Assembly: GCA_035471805.1 (NCBI GenBank)
Contig: DATIPS010000004.1
Location: 973-64,972 of the forward strand
Direction of reading: 5' to 3'
Origin: Acidimicrobiia bacterium
GTDB lineage: Bacteria; Actinomycetota; Acidimicrobiia; Spongiisociales; JAHEDJ01
Length of the DNA stretch: 64,000 bases
The notes under the pieces are model-generated. The model made no database searches. It was not told the origin of the DNA and saw only the letters and a list, made by a program, of their open reading frames with translations. Every line of letters starts with the position of its first letter. Position 1 is the stretch's first letter. Both the position numbers and the translations under genes were made by a program. Below are positions 29,069-38,258 of the stretch, in pieces.

Positions 29069-29700
29069 CCGTGTTGCATGACGAACTGATGGCGATCGAC
29101 GGCGTGGCGCAAGCCCAGGTCGAGATCGTCGATGATGGATCTCCTTCGGTGCGACTGCAGGTCGAGCCGGGCGCAGATCGGCGTCGTGTTGGAGAGCTCG
29201 TTCAGCAGATCCTCGCCAAGCACGGGCTCAGGTCGCGTTTGGCGCCCGAGCAAGTGAGCGCCGAACCGGTTGCGGAGTCCCCCCCGGAAGCTTCTGTTGC
29301 CGTGGTCGAGACCGAGCCCGCGGTGCGCCCTCAGGTGGCGCCCGGTGGGGCCGACATGCCCCACGGGCTGCGTCGGCTCAGATCCGTCGCGGTGGAGGAG
29401 GACCGGTCCAGCGTCGTCGTCACCGTCCGCGATGACCGGGGTAGCTCGGCCAGGGCTGTGGGACAACCCGGACGGGCAGCCTTGCGTGACGCAGTCGCCA
29501 ACGCGGTGTTCGAGCTGATCGGCGAAGGTGGAGCGCCTCCTTCGATTGTGGCCATCCATAGAGCCAGCGAGGGAGACCGGCAGCTGATCACAGTGGTGCT
29601 CGACCGGGGCGCCGGGAATCTGGCCGTCGGTTCGGCGTTGGTGAGCGTCGGCTGGGAATACGCGTTCGGGCGGGCAATCTGGGCGGCGCTCACGAACTGA
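29065..29700 (+). CDS. Hypothetical protein
   Basis: Start trimmed to the ATG at 29065, overlapping the upstream stop. The coding-like frame has a Pro/Glu/Ala-rich linker between two globular-looking halves. I recognise no motif. Confidence 0.5.
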   Translation: MTVLHDELMAIDGVAQAQVEIVDDGSPSVRLQVEPGADRRRVGELVQQILAKHGLRSRLAPEQVSAEPVAESPPEASVAVVETEPAVRPQVAPGGADMPHGLRRLRSVAVEEDRSSVVVTVRDDRGSSARAVGQPGRAALRDAVANAVFELIGEGGAPPSIVAIHRASEGDRQLITVVLDRGAGNLAVGSALVSVGWEYAFGRAIWAALTN

Positions 29701-29721
29701 GCGGCTCTTCGCGATCGCTCC

Positions 29722-30249
29722 TCAGCTGGCGGCGGGAGTCTCCATGAACTCGATGAGAACGGCGGGCTGGGGGTCGGATCGATCCATGAATATCTCCACC
29801 GGGCCGGGGAGCGCGACTGGAGGCGGGATCTCGAGGTCGGCTTCGAGCAGCGGGCGGTAATCATCGATGCGGTGGAGAATGTCACGGATCAGCATCCGGG
29901 CGGGGTCGGCAGTGGGCTCCGAAAGCTCCTCCTGGTCGGCTTCCTCTGTTGAGGCGACCGCCAGACCGTGCGATCTGAGCCTCATCAACATCATTTCCTG
30001 AACCACCTTGTCGGGAGATAGCACCGGCAGGCCGGGGATTACGACCAGATCGGCCTGGCCCCGTGCCGCGATGCCCAGGAGTGCCCGGAACCCGTCGAGG
30101 TTGCGGCGGGTTGCGGCGGTGTCCTGGCAAACCGCGACGAGTTGATGCCCGTTGCGGGCGATCCATCGTCGAATCCGCTCAGACTGAGCGAACATGGTGT
30201 CGCCCGACTCAGCGCTGGAAGGTTCGCAGATATATCCGACGACGTTCAA
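29722..30249 (-). CDS. Resolvase N-terminal-domain-like protein with degenerate active site and no HTH domain
   Basis: By eye the layout follows the serine recombinase catalytic domain (VVGYICEPSS..., QDTAATRRNLDGFRALLGIAARGQADLVVIPGLPVLS). The Y-x-R-V-S-T nucleophile motif is replaced by Y-I-C-E-P-S, and the C-terminus is acidic and Pro-rich rather than a DNA-binding HTH. Confidence 0.5.
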   Translation of the reverse strand: MNVVGYICEPSSAESGDTMFAQSERIRRWIARNGHQLVAVCQDTAATRRNLDGFRALLGIAARGQADLVVIPGLPVLSPDKVVQEMMLMRLRSHGLAVASTEEADQEELSEPTADPARMLIRDILHRIDDYRPLLEADLEIPPPVALPGPVEIFMDRSDPQPAVLIEFMETPAAS

Positions 30250-30366
30250 GTGGTCTCCGGTCTTTACTTCCTGGTAGTCAAGCTCTCACCCTCTGTGAGG
30301 TCAAGGATTACCGTTTCAGCTGATCTTGCGCTGGTATGGTGCTGCTGCTGTTCGCAGGAGGTCCGG

Positions 30367-30867
30367 GTGCCCAGCGCACTCGTTTTGAACACAACGTACG
30401 AGCCGATTTCGGTGGTCAGCGCTCGCCGGGCCGTCGTGCTCGTCCTCAACCAGAAGGCGTCGGTCGTAGCGGCGGGTCCAGGTTGCCTCCACTCCGAACG
30501 TACGACTATCGACGTGCCCTCGGTGGTGCGGCTGGTCCGGTACGTCAAGGTCCCTCATCATCGGAAGGCTCCGCCTACACGGCGCGCGATTCTCGCCAGG
30601 GACAAACACACCTGTCAGTACTGCAGTGCACCGGCCGAGAGCATCGATCATGTTCTGCCGCGCTCGCGGGGCGGGACGAACGCCTGGGAGAACGTCGTGG
30701 CGTGTTGCCGCCGATGCAATCTTCGGAAGGCGGATAGATTGCCCCATGAGATAGGCCTGAACCTGTCCAGATCTCCGAAGCCCCCCTGGCGATTCGGCTG
30801 GGTATATGCCAGTGCGGGCCCATCGGTGGACCCGCACTGGTTGCAGTTCTTGGGAGTGTCGGCCTGA
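30367..30867 (+). CDS. HNH endonuclease (McrA-like, about 166 aa)
   Basis: Start trimmed to the GTG at 30367, 5 nt after GGAGG (30357-30361). CQYCSAPAESIDHVLPRSRGGTNAWENVVACCRRCNLRKADR is a complete HNH/zinc motif. Confidence 0.8.
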   Translation: MPSALVLNTTYEPISVVSARRAVVLVLNQKASVVAAGPGCLHSERTTIDVPSVVRLVRYVKVPHHRKAPPTRRAILARDKHTCQYCSAPAESIDHVLPRSRGGTNAWENVVACCRRCNLRKADRLPHEIGLNLSRSPKPPWRFGWVYASAGPSVDPHWLQFLGVSA

Positions 30868-30902
30868 GGGCCGGGGTCCGGCGTCGGCCGCCTTCTCCCT
30901 CC

Positions 30903-32132
30903 CTACGTCTCGTTTTCGAAGATCGTCTCCGATTCGAGCACCGGTAGGGGAGGCTGGGGGGCGGGACCGTTCCTGTCGACCAGGAACAGTTGGAACGCCG
31001 GCTTCTGTTCGCACTCGAATTCGGGGACGCTACCCGAAGGGCTCGTCAGGTCGACCCAAACAGCAGGTCCGCCGGGTGGGTAGAGAACGAGCGCGATCGG
31101 ATCGTCGTTCACATTGGAGAACCGGCCGTCTTTCGGCGCCATGAACTCCATCAGACGGTCGTAGCTCGTTTGGGGAGGCACGACCACATTCTCGCCGTAC
31201 CGCCCCGACGACAGGGGGTCGTCTTCGGCGTTGGCGAGAGAGCTTGCCTTGTAGCGCGCCGCGGTTCCGTCGCTCCAGACGGCCAGCGCGGCGACTTCCG
31301 GATAGTCGACTCCCGGCCAGACCGCATCGCGATTGGAGAGACTCGAAACGCCGATGAGAAGGGTCGTCTGAACCGAAACGTGCCCGTACCGGGGGTCGCC
31401 GCAGACCTCGGTTGCCACCGCTTTCGGCTCAACCGACAGTGAGTCGCCCCATGCGATCTCGTCGCCGAGCTCTGCGAGTTCGAATCCCTCCGGCCGTTCC
31501 CACCCGGCGGCCGGAGCCGGGCTCGAGTCGAGATTCCATTCGGCCAGGACCGCACCGCCGAACGACGCCTGTACTTTGAGGTCGTGATTGAACGCCGACG
31601 GCACTCTGAAGCCGACGGTCCAGCGGGCCGGAATCCCACGGGGCTGCATGCTGAGCGCGAACCCGCCGACCTGATAGCTGTAATCACCCAGCTGTATCTC
31701 CGTCGTCGTTTCCGTTTCCTCGTCCACGACTTCTACGCGCAATGGCAGGACGTTGGTGGGAACGGGATGTATCTCGCCGGCGCCGTCGATGAGTTGGAGC
31801 ACGGGATAGCCGTACTCGCCCGTGAAGGCGTATTCCGAGGCCAACCACGGGACGTCGGTGTTGTGGCGGAACGCGGCTGAGAGCCGGACCTCGTCGTAAC
31901 CGGGATAGAGCGGCGACTCGACCGAGAACGCATCTTGGATCTCGAGATCGAAGAGGCCGTTGGAGTAGCGCTCACCGAGTTTGAATTCTGAAACCGGGGG
32001 AGTGTCGGCCGGTTCCTCCCCGGCACCCGTGTCCTGGACGGCAGCAAGGGTGGCGACCCCCGGACCCGCCGAGGCGATTCCGGTCATGACGAGCAGCAAG
32101 ATTGCCGTCATGAGTATCACTTTTCGCAACAT
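30903..32132 (-). CDS. Secreted protein, hypothetical (two beta-rich repeats by eye)
   Basis: Start trimmed to the Met at 32132, giving the Sec-type signal peptide MLRKVILMTAILLLVMTGIASA followed by GPG. Acidic mature protein. No family motif recognised. Confidence 0.6.
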   Translation of the reverse strand: MLRKVILMTAILLLVMTGIASAGPGVATLAAVQDTGAGEEPADTPPVSEFKLGERYSNGLFDLEIQDAFSVESPLYPGYDEVRLSAAFRHNTDVPWLASEYAFTGEYGYPVLQLIDGAGEIHPVPTNVLPLRVEVVDEETETTTEIQLGDYSYQVGGFALSMQPRGIPARWTVGFRVPSAFNHDLKVQASFGGAVLAEWNLDSSPAPAAGWERPEGFELAELGDEIAWGDSLSVEPKAVATEVCGDPRYGHVSVQTTLLIGVSSLSNRDAVWPGVDYPEVAALAVWSDGTAARYKASSLANAEDDPLSSGRYGENVVVPPQTSYDRLMEFMAPKDGRFSNVNDDPIALVLYPPGGPAVWVDLTSPSGSVPEFECEQKPAFQLFLVDRNGPAPQPPLPVLESETIFENET

Positions 32133-32296
32133 GCCTTGCGTCTCCCTTGTAGCTGAGCGACTGTGCTTCACTCAGATTTCGGGAGCATCCTGACCCACAT
32201 TGAGGGTTTTCTTTTCCGGCGTGATAACTACAGGAATGTAGTTACGAAGGTGCAACTCCGAGGGTCGGGTGCCGGCCACCGGCCTAAGTACCTCTC

Positions 32297-32815
32297 TCAG
32301 GAGCGAACGGTCAACACGGCGCAAGAGGCGCGTCTGATGAGCTTCGTCGACGTGGAACCGAGTAGTCCGTCGAAGCGGCCCTGGCCGTGTGTGCCGATGC
32401 AGATGACGTCGTACTCGCCTGCCGATGCGTAGTTGAGTATCTCTGTGACGGCATCTTCGCTCTCGACCGCGACGGGCTCGGCGACAACTCCCCGGTCCGC
32501 CAGCGCGGAGATGATCGTCGCCGTTCTGGAGGTCTTCTGGTCGTCGACGTAACGAACGAGGAAAGCATCGTCGCCGGGCCAGTCCGAACTGACCTGTGGT
32601 CGGGGAGTCGTGTGGCCGGCGGTTTCGAGAGTCTGATCGATCGGTGCCCGGTCCGAGGACTCCCCGTAGACGGCGCGAAGGTCGGTGAGCAGCCGCCTCG
32701 GGATCTCGACGACGGTGAACACCGTGACCCGACCGTCGTTCCCGGCGAGCCGCGCGGCGGATTCTGCCGCGAAGAGCGGGTCCAGCGTGCCGTCGGTGGC
32801 GATGAGTACCTTCAT
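32297..32815 (-). CDS. Universal stress protein (UspA family)
   Basis: MKVLIATDGT... at the N-terminus and the ATP-binding-type C-terminus GTHGQGRFDGLLGSTSTKLIRRASCAVLTV. Confidence 0.8.
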   Translation of the reverse strand: MKVLIATDGTLDPLFAAESAARLAGNDGRVTVFTVVEIPRRLLTDLRAVYGESSDRAPIDQTLETAGHTTPRPQVSSDWPGDDAFLVRYVDDQKTSRTATIISALADRGVVAEPVAVESEDAVTEILNYASAGEYDVICIGTHGQGRFDGLLGSTSTKLIRRASCAVLTVRS

Positions 32816-33034
32816 GGAATCTCCCCTTGGTCTGTCTGGCTCACCCTACCGGCCTGCTGCCGGATCTGGAGTCCGATCCGGGGATCGCTTGTCGACGGTG
32901 GTTGAACCTGCGAAGCAGAGCCCCAGGAGCTTCCCGGTCCTGTTGCCCCGGCGGATGTGGGGCGTGTTCGAGCCATTTGTGGACCATGCTTGAGGCGTTT
33001 TCCGGCCGTGTGGCGAGAAAGTGGTAGGAAAGGG

Positions 33035-33067
33035 TTGACAAGTGGGGAGAAATGGGGCAATGTGGGG
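33035..33067 (+). promoter_or_regulatory. Candidate mraZ promoter -35 (TTGACA) followed by three (G/A)TGGGG boxes phased at 10 bp (MraZ-box-like)
   Basis: TTGACA at 33035-33040, GTGGGG at 33042-33047, ATGGGG at 33052-33057 and GTGGGG at 33062-33067. The last box ends about 40 bp upstream of the mraZ GTG start. Confidence 0.55.
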
Positions 33068-33105
33068 CGCACAGGAGGACCAGTGACTAGTAGGGCGAGT
33101 GTGGA

Positions 33106-33540
33106 GTGTTCGTCGGAGAGTATCAACACACAATGGACGGAAAGGGCAGGGTCGTGTTGCCCGCCCGTTTCCGCAAGGCTCTTGAAAAGGACGGCTGTGT
33201 CCTCACCAAGGGCCAAGATGAGTGTGTCTTCGTCTGGTCCACGGACGACTGGCAGAAGGAAGCGGAGCGAATGAAGCAGCTTCCTCGTACGAACAGCCGT
33301 TCGCGCGGATACCTCAGATCGTTCTTCTCCGGTGCCGAACCGCAAACCCTCGATGGTCAGGGCCGGATCACCATTCCACAAAACCTCCGCGCGTTTGCCG
33401 CGCTCGAAAAGGATCTGGCCGTTGTCGGAGTCGCCGAGCGGATCGAGATCTGGGATGCCGAGCGGTGGAGTCAGGTTTCGGCAGAGGCCGACGACGTATA
33501 CGCCCATATAGAGGAGGCATTCAGCGACCAAGGAATCTGA
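33106..33540 (+). CDS. mraZ: Transcriptional regulator MraZ
   Basis: MFVGEYQHTMDGKGRVVLPARFR plus a second SpoVT/AbrB-like repeat (LDGQGRITIPQNLR). GTG start. Confidence 0.9.
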   Translation: MFVGEYQHTMDGKGRVVLPARFRKALEKDGCVLTKGQDECVFVWSTDDWQKEAERMKQLPRTNSRSRGYLRSFFSGAEPQTLDGQGRITIPQNLRAFAALEKDLAVVGVAERIEIWDAERWSQVSAEADDVYAHIEEAFSDQGI

Positions 33541-33616
33541 CAGGCCGGCCGGACCGTCTGGTCCATCGCCAGCCCCCCGGTTACCAACGGAAGGCCCCTT
33601 TCTCCGCCCGCTTCCT

Positions 33617-34570
33617 TTGGTGCCAGCGCCCGGGGGGCTGGCCATGGATCAAGACCCGAAACGGAAATATCACGAGCCGGTGATGACGAGGGAGATCGTG
33701 GAGTTGTTCGAGAACGTCGATGGGGGAGTCCTGGTAGACGCCACATACGGTGGCGGAGGCCATTCCCGCGCTTTGCTCTCGGCGTATCCCGACCTGCAGA
33801 TCATCGGTATCGATCGAGATGACGCCGCCGTGGCACGACCGGCCCCCGATCGGGTCCGGTTGCATCAGCGCTCCTTTTCCGAACTCGGTGAGCTGCTGGA
33901 CGAGCTGGCTGTTGGGTCAATCGACGGAGCTCTCTTCGACCTCGGCGTATCCGGACACCAACTCGACACGGCCGAGAGGGGTTTTTCGTATCGAGACCCC
34001 GGTCCGCTCGATATGCGAATGGGACCCGATGCCCCTCGGACGGCGGCAGATATCGTGAACGAATGGTCCCAGGACGACCTGCGCAGGATCATCGCCAAAT
34101 ACGGCGAGGAACGATTCGCAGGGCGGATCGCGGCGGCCATCGTCGCCAACCGGCCGATAGCGGACACGGCGCAACTCGCCGAAGTCACTCGCAATGCCAT
34201 CCCGGCCGCCACGAGGCGAACCGGCGGGCACCCCGCCCGGCGCACGTTTCAAGCCATCCGGATAGCAGTCAACGACGAACTCGGGGAGATTCAGACCGCG
34301 CTGGAGACTGCGCTGGATCGTCTCGCGCCCGGTGGCCGCTGCGTGGTGATCTCGTATCACTCCCTCGAGGATCGGATCGTCAAGCGAACCTTCGCCGACC
34401 TGGCCCAGGGGTGTATCTGTCCACCCGAGATCCCGGAGTGCCGCTGCGATCGGTCTCCAGAGGTACGGTTGCTCACGCGCAAGCCGATCAGCCCGACCGT
34501 CGCCGAAGTGAACGCCAATCCGCGCGCTCGCAGCGCCAAAGTCCGGGCAGCAGAGAAGGTGGCGGCATGA
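33617..34570 (+). CDS. rsmH: 16S rRNA (cytosine1402-N4)-methyltransferase
   Basis: YHEPVM, SAM motif DATYGGGGHS, and DLGVSGHQLD. The start may be the ATG at 33644. Confidence 0.9.
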   Translation: MVPAPGGLAMDQDPKRKYHEPVMTREIVELFENVDGGVLVDATYGGGGHSRALLSAYPDLQIIGIDRDDAAVARPAPDRVRLHQRSFSELGELLDELAVGSIDGALFDLGVSGHQLDTAERGFSYRDPGPLDMRMGPDAPRTAADIVNEWSQDDLRRIIAKYGEERFAGRIAAAIVANRPIADTAQLAEVTRNAIPAATRRTGGHPARRTFQAIRIAVNDELGEIQTALETALDRLAPGGRCVVISYHSLEDRIVKRTFADLAQGCICPPEIPECRCDRSPEVRLLTRKPISPTVAEVNANPRARSAKVRAAEKVAA

Positions 34571-34974
34571 CCGCCCGCCCCGCCCGGGGCACATCCCCGG
34601 CCGTCCGGCTGCGTGTCATTCAAGGAAGGCCGTTCGTCCGTCCGAAGGCGTGGGGCTGGCTGTTCATCGCCCTGGCGTCTGTGGCGCTCTTCTTCGGGCT
34701 GATCATCGCCAACACCGCCCTGGATCGCTCGGCATTCGAACTCGAGGAGATTCGATCGGAGATAGTCGCGCAACAGGAGCGTTTCGATCAGCTGCGCCTC
34801 GATGTCGCCCGGCTTCGATCTCCAGAGCGGATCCAACCGCTGGCCGAGGAGCTCGGCATGGTCTACCCCGATCCCGACGACATTCGAAGGGTTACGGCCT
34901 CCGGCGTCGTAGTAATGGAGAGAGACGACGACCGGTGGACGAACATCAAGTCGATTCTGAGTGCATCACCATGA
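34567..34974 (+). CDS. ftsL: FtsL-like cell division protein
   Basis: Start trimmed to the ATG at 34567 (ATGA overlap with the rsmH stop). A single TM helix (WLFIALASVALFFGLIIANTA) is followed by a coiled-coil. The position between rsmH and ftsI supports the call. Confidence 0.65.
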   Translation: MTARPARGTSPAVRLRVIQGRPFVRPKAWGWLFIALASVALFFGLIIANTALDRSAFELEEIRSEIVAQQERFDQLRLDVARLRSPERIQPLAEELGMVYPDPDDIRRVTASGVVVMERDDDRWTNIKSILSASP

Positions 34975-35056
34975 TGGTCGGACCTGGCGCTGGGGGCCGA
35001 TGCCGCGGTGGTGACCTTCCCGAGGTCGCCTGCCGGGTTCGGCCGGAGGAATAGCC

Positions 35057-36796
35057 GTGAGCGGGCGCTCACGCGCCCGCCGGCGGCTTCGCCGCGCCGA
35101 CTTCCGGCTGATCACCGTAGGGGTCGTGTTGATCGTGGCCTGGAGCGGCCTGGGATTTCGCCTTTTCCAGATCCAGGTGGTCGACGCAGCGGTCTACGAG
35201 GAGCGGAGCCGGGAGCAGCGCACGATCCATCAGGACCTGGCGGCGGCGCGCGGCACCATCTTCGACAGGCAAGGACAGCTTCTCGCCGTCACGATCGAGG
35301 GTGTGACGGTGTCCGCCAATCTCGCCGAGATCGACGACTTCACGGTTACGGCATCGCTGATCGCGGCCGCCGTCGGTGGTGATCGAGACGAACTGAAGGC
35401 CCGGCTCGAATCCAAGGAAACCGGGTGGGTCACCCTGGTCCGTCAGATGGAGCCGGCGGATGCCGATCACCTGCGGGAACTGGAACTGCCCGGCCTGTAT
35501 TTCGTCAACGAGCCGAAGCGTGTCTATCCGGCGGGCCGTTTCACGGCTTCGGTCGTCGGATTCGTCGGATGGGACAACGAGGGACTCGAGGGCATGGAGT
35601 ACTTCTACGAAAGCGCACTCGCGGGCACCCCCGGATATGCCGAATGGGAGCGGGCGATCGGCGGAACCCCTATTCCGTTCGCGACCAGCGAGATCGTCCC
35701 GGCTGTTCCGGGATCGGATCTCGTGTCCACAATCGATCTCGACATCCAGTTCGCCGCGTCGCAGGCCTGTGTGGCCACCATCGAGCGCACGGAGGCTCTC
35801 CGGTGCACGATCGTCGTGCTTGATCCGAACACGGGGGAAGTCCTGGCCATGGTCAACACTCCCAGCTTCGACCCCAACGACGTCCGCTCTGCAGACCCGG
35901 CCATGCTGCAGAACGCGGCGGTGCGAATGACCTACGAACCCGGCTCGACGCAGAAGCTCGTCACGGTTGCCGCAGCCATCGAAGAGAAGGCGGTGCAATG
36001 GAGCACTCTGATTCGAAACGTACCCTATGAACTCGAGGTAATCGACGGTGCGTGCGACAAGGGTGACGAGGTATACGGCTGCTACCACGACGTCTACGTT
36101 CACCCCGATCTCGACATGACGGTGAAAGACATATTCACCCGATCGTCCAACACCGGGACGATTCTCATCCAGCGCGAGCTGGGGGATGTCGCGCATCGCA
36201 AATACCTGGAGAAGTGGGGTTTCGGAAGCCGGACCGGCATCGACTTCTCAGGAGAGGCCGCCGGGGTCGCCGAAGTGGACATCACATGTGGTCCGTGCAC
36301 CGCCTCCGCGGCAATCGGATACAGCGTCTCTGTGACACCGCTGCAGATGGCTTCAGTGTTCGCGACCATTGCCAACGACGGTGTGTGGGTGAGGCCGCAT
36401 CTGGTCGGCAGCATCGTGGACGGCGACGGGATCCGGCAGGCGGTCGAGCCGGAACAGCGCAGGATCGTCTCCGAGGAGACCGCCCGGATAATGCGTCTGC
36501 TTCTGCGTTCGGTGGTCGAGAGTGATGACGGCACGGGTGGCAACGCCCGCGTCACCGGCTACGAGGTCGGCGGCAAGACCGGCACGAGCCGGAAGTGGGA
36601 AGGCGGCGGCTATTCGGAAACGGCCTGGATTGCGAGTTTCATCGGCATGGCACCGATCGACGACCCTCAACTCGTCGTGGCCGTAGTGATCGACTCGCCG
36701 GTCAACGGACACTACGGTGGCGACGCGGCCGCCCCTGCGTTCGCCGAAGTGATGGAGAATGCGCTGCATCAACTGGGGGTGTCTCCCGATGAGTAA
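35057..36796 (+). CDS. ftsI: Penicillin-binding protein (FtsI / class B PBP)
   Basis: N-terminal TM anchor and the transpeptidase motifs STQK (YEPGSTQKL), SSN (TRSSNTG) and KTGT (GGKTGTS). Confidence 0.85.
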   Translation: MSGRSRARRRLRRADFRLITVGVVLIVAWSGLGFRLFQIQVVDAAVYEERSREQRTIHQDLAAARGTIFDRQGQLLAVTIEGVTVSANLAEIDDFTVTASLIAAAVGGDRDELKARLESKETGWVTLVRQMEPADADHLRELELPGLYFVNEPKRVYPAGRFTASVVGFVGWDNEGLEGMEYFYESALAGTPGYAEWERAIGGTPIPFATSEIVPAVPGSDLVSTIDLDIQFAASQACVATIERTEALRCTIVVLDPNTGEVLAMVNTPSFDPNDVRSADPAMLQNAAVRMTYEPGSTQKLVTVAAAIEEKAVQWSTLIRNVPYELEVIDGACDKGDEVYGCYHDVYVHPDLDMTVKDIFTRSSNTGTILIQRELGDVAHRKYLEKWGFGSRTGIDFSGEAAGVAEVDITCGPCTASAAIGYSVSVTPLQMASVFATIANDGVWVRPHLVGSIVDGDGIRQAVEPEQRRIVSEETARIMRLLLRSVVESDDGTGGNARVTGYEVGGKTGTSRKWEGGGYSETAWIASFIGMAPIDDPQLVVAVVIDSPVNGHYGGDAAAPAFAEVMENALHQLGVSPDE

Positions 36797-38258
36797 ATCC
36801 CCGGCAACAGTCGGTCGCCTGGCCAGGACGGTGGGCGCGGCGCTCGTCGGCGACCCGACCGTGAAGGTCTCCGATGTCGTGCACGACAGCCGCCGGGCGA
36901 CCTCCGGAGCTCTCTTCGTGGCAATCCGGGGTTTGACTACCGACGGGCACCGTTTCGTCGACCAGGCGATAGCGGAAGGCGCATCGGCGGTGTGTGTCGA
37001 GGAGGCAGTGGATGACCGTCCGGTTCCCCAGATCGTCGTTGACGACTCGAGGGCGGTTCTCGGCCGTCTGGCCGCCCAAGTCCACGGGCATCCTTCCTCG
37101 CAGCTGCGGGTGGTCGGCGTGACCGGCACCAACGGCAAGACGACCGTCACCTACCTGCTCGAGTCCATCATCACGGCGGGTGGAGCGATTGCCGGACGTA
37201 TCGGCACGACCGGCGCGTCGGTGGCGGGTCGGTCCATACGCCTGGAACGGACGACTCCCGAGGCATCCGATTTTCAGCGACTCCTCGCCGACATGCTCGA
37301 GGCAGGTGCAGACGTCGTCGCTTCGGAGGTTTCGTCCCATGCGATGGCGCTCGGCCGGGTTGACGCCGTGTCGTTCGCAGTTGCCGCCTTCACGAACCTG
37401 TCGCAGGACCATCTCGATTTCCACGGGGATATGGAGAGTTACTTCGCGGCTAAGGCGCTTCTATTCGACAAAGCGCGAACTAAGCGGGCCGTGATCAACA
37501 TCGATGATCCGGGTGGTGCGCTCCTGGCCGGCATGGTCGATGTTCCGGTGCTGGCCGTCGGGAGCGATGTCCGAGCATCCGACGTGGAACTTTCACGGTC
37601 GGGCACCCGGTTTCGACTGGTCACGCCCGTCGGATCTTCAGACGTGTCCTTGCCGCTGGCCGGGGAGTTCAACGTATCCAACGCGCTGGTTGCGGCCGGC
37701 TGCGCGCTCGAACTGGGCGTCGACCTGGATTCGGTCACCAGAGGTTTGGAATCCGTCGGCCAGATCCCCGGACGCTACGAGATCGTCCCCGGGCCGGAAC
37801 GCTTCACGGCGGTTGTCGACTACGCGCACACGCCGGACGGCGTGCGCACGGTCATTGCCGCGGCGCGTGCGCTTTGCTCCGGTTCCATCACCGTCGTACT
37901 GGGAGCCGGTGGCGACCGGGACCGCTCCAAACGGCCGGCGATGGGTGCCGCCGCCTCCACTGCCGACCGTTTCATTCTGACTTCCGACAACCCCAGATCC
38001 GAGTCACCCGGCGAGATCATCGACTCGGTGCGTGCGGGCGTCGACACCGACGCAGTCGAGTTGATCGTCGAGGCGGACCGTCGTCTCGCCATCCGTCGCG
38101 CCCTGGCTGCGGCGGGAGACGGCGACACCGTCCTCGTGCTCGGGAAGGGCCACGAGCAGGGACAGGAGATAGGCGGCCGCATCATCGAGTTCGATGATCG
38201 CAAGGTAGTCGCCGACGAACTCGCCTGGATCGAGGAGACGCCATGCTCGCCCTGCTGA
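36789..38258 (+). CDS. murE: UDP-MurNAc-L-Ala-D-Glu:meso-diaminopimelate ligase
   Basis: Start trimmed to the ATG at 36789 (8-nt overlap with ftsI). P-loop GVTGTNGKTT. The DNPR motif (LTSDNPRSE) is typical of meso-DAP-adding MurE. Confidence 0.9.
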   Translation: MSKSPATVGRLARTVGAALVGDPTVKVSDVVHDSRRATSGALFVAIRGLTTDGHRFVDQAIAEGASAVCVEEAVDDRPVPQIVVDDSRAVLGRLAAQVHGHPSSQLRVVGVTGTNGKTTVTYLLESIITAGGAIAGRIGTTGASVAGRSIRLERTTPEASDFQRLLADMLEAGADVVASEVSSHAMALGRVDAVSFAVAAFTNLSQDHLDFHGDMESYFAAKALLFDKARTKRAVINIDDPGGALLAGMVDVPVLAVGSDVRASDVELSRSGTRFRLVTPVGSSDVSLPLAGEFNVSNALVAAGCALELGVDLDSVTRGLESVGQIPGRYEIVPGPERFTAVVDYAHTPDGVRTVIAAARALCSGSITVVLGAGGDRDRSKRPAMGAAASTADRFILTSDNPRSESPGEIIDSVRAGVDTDAVELIVEADRRLAIRRALAAAGDGDTVLVLGKGHEQGQEIGGRIIEFDDRKVVADELAWIEETPCSPC

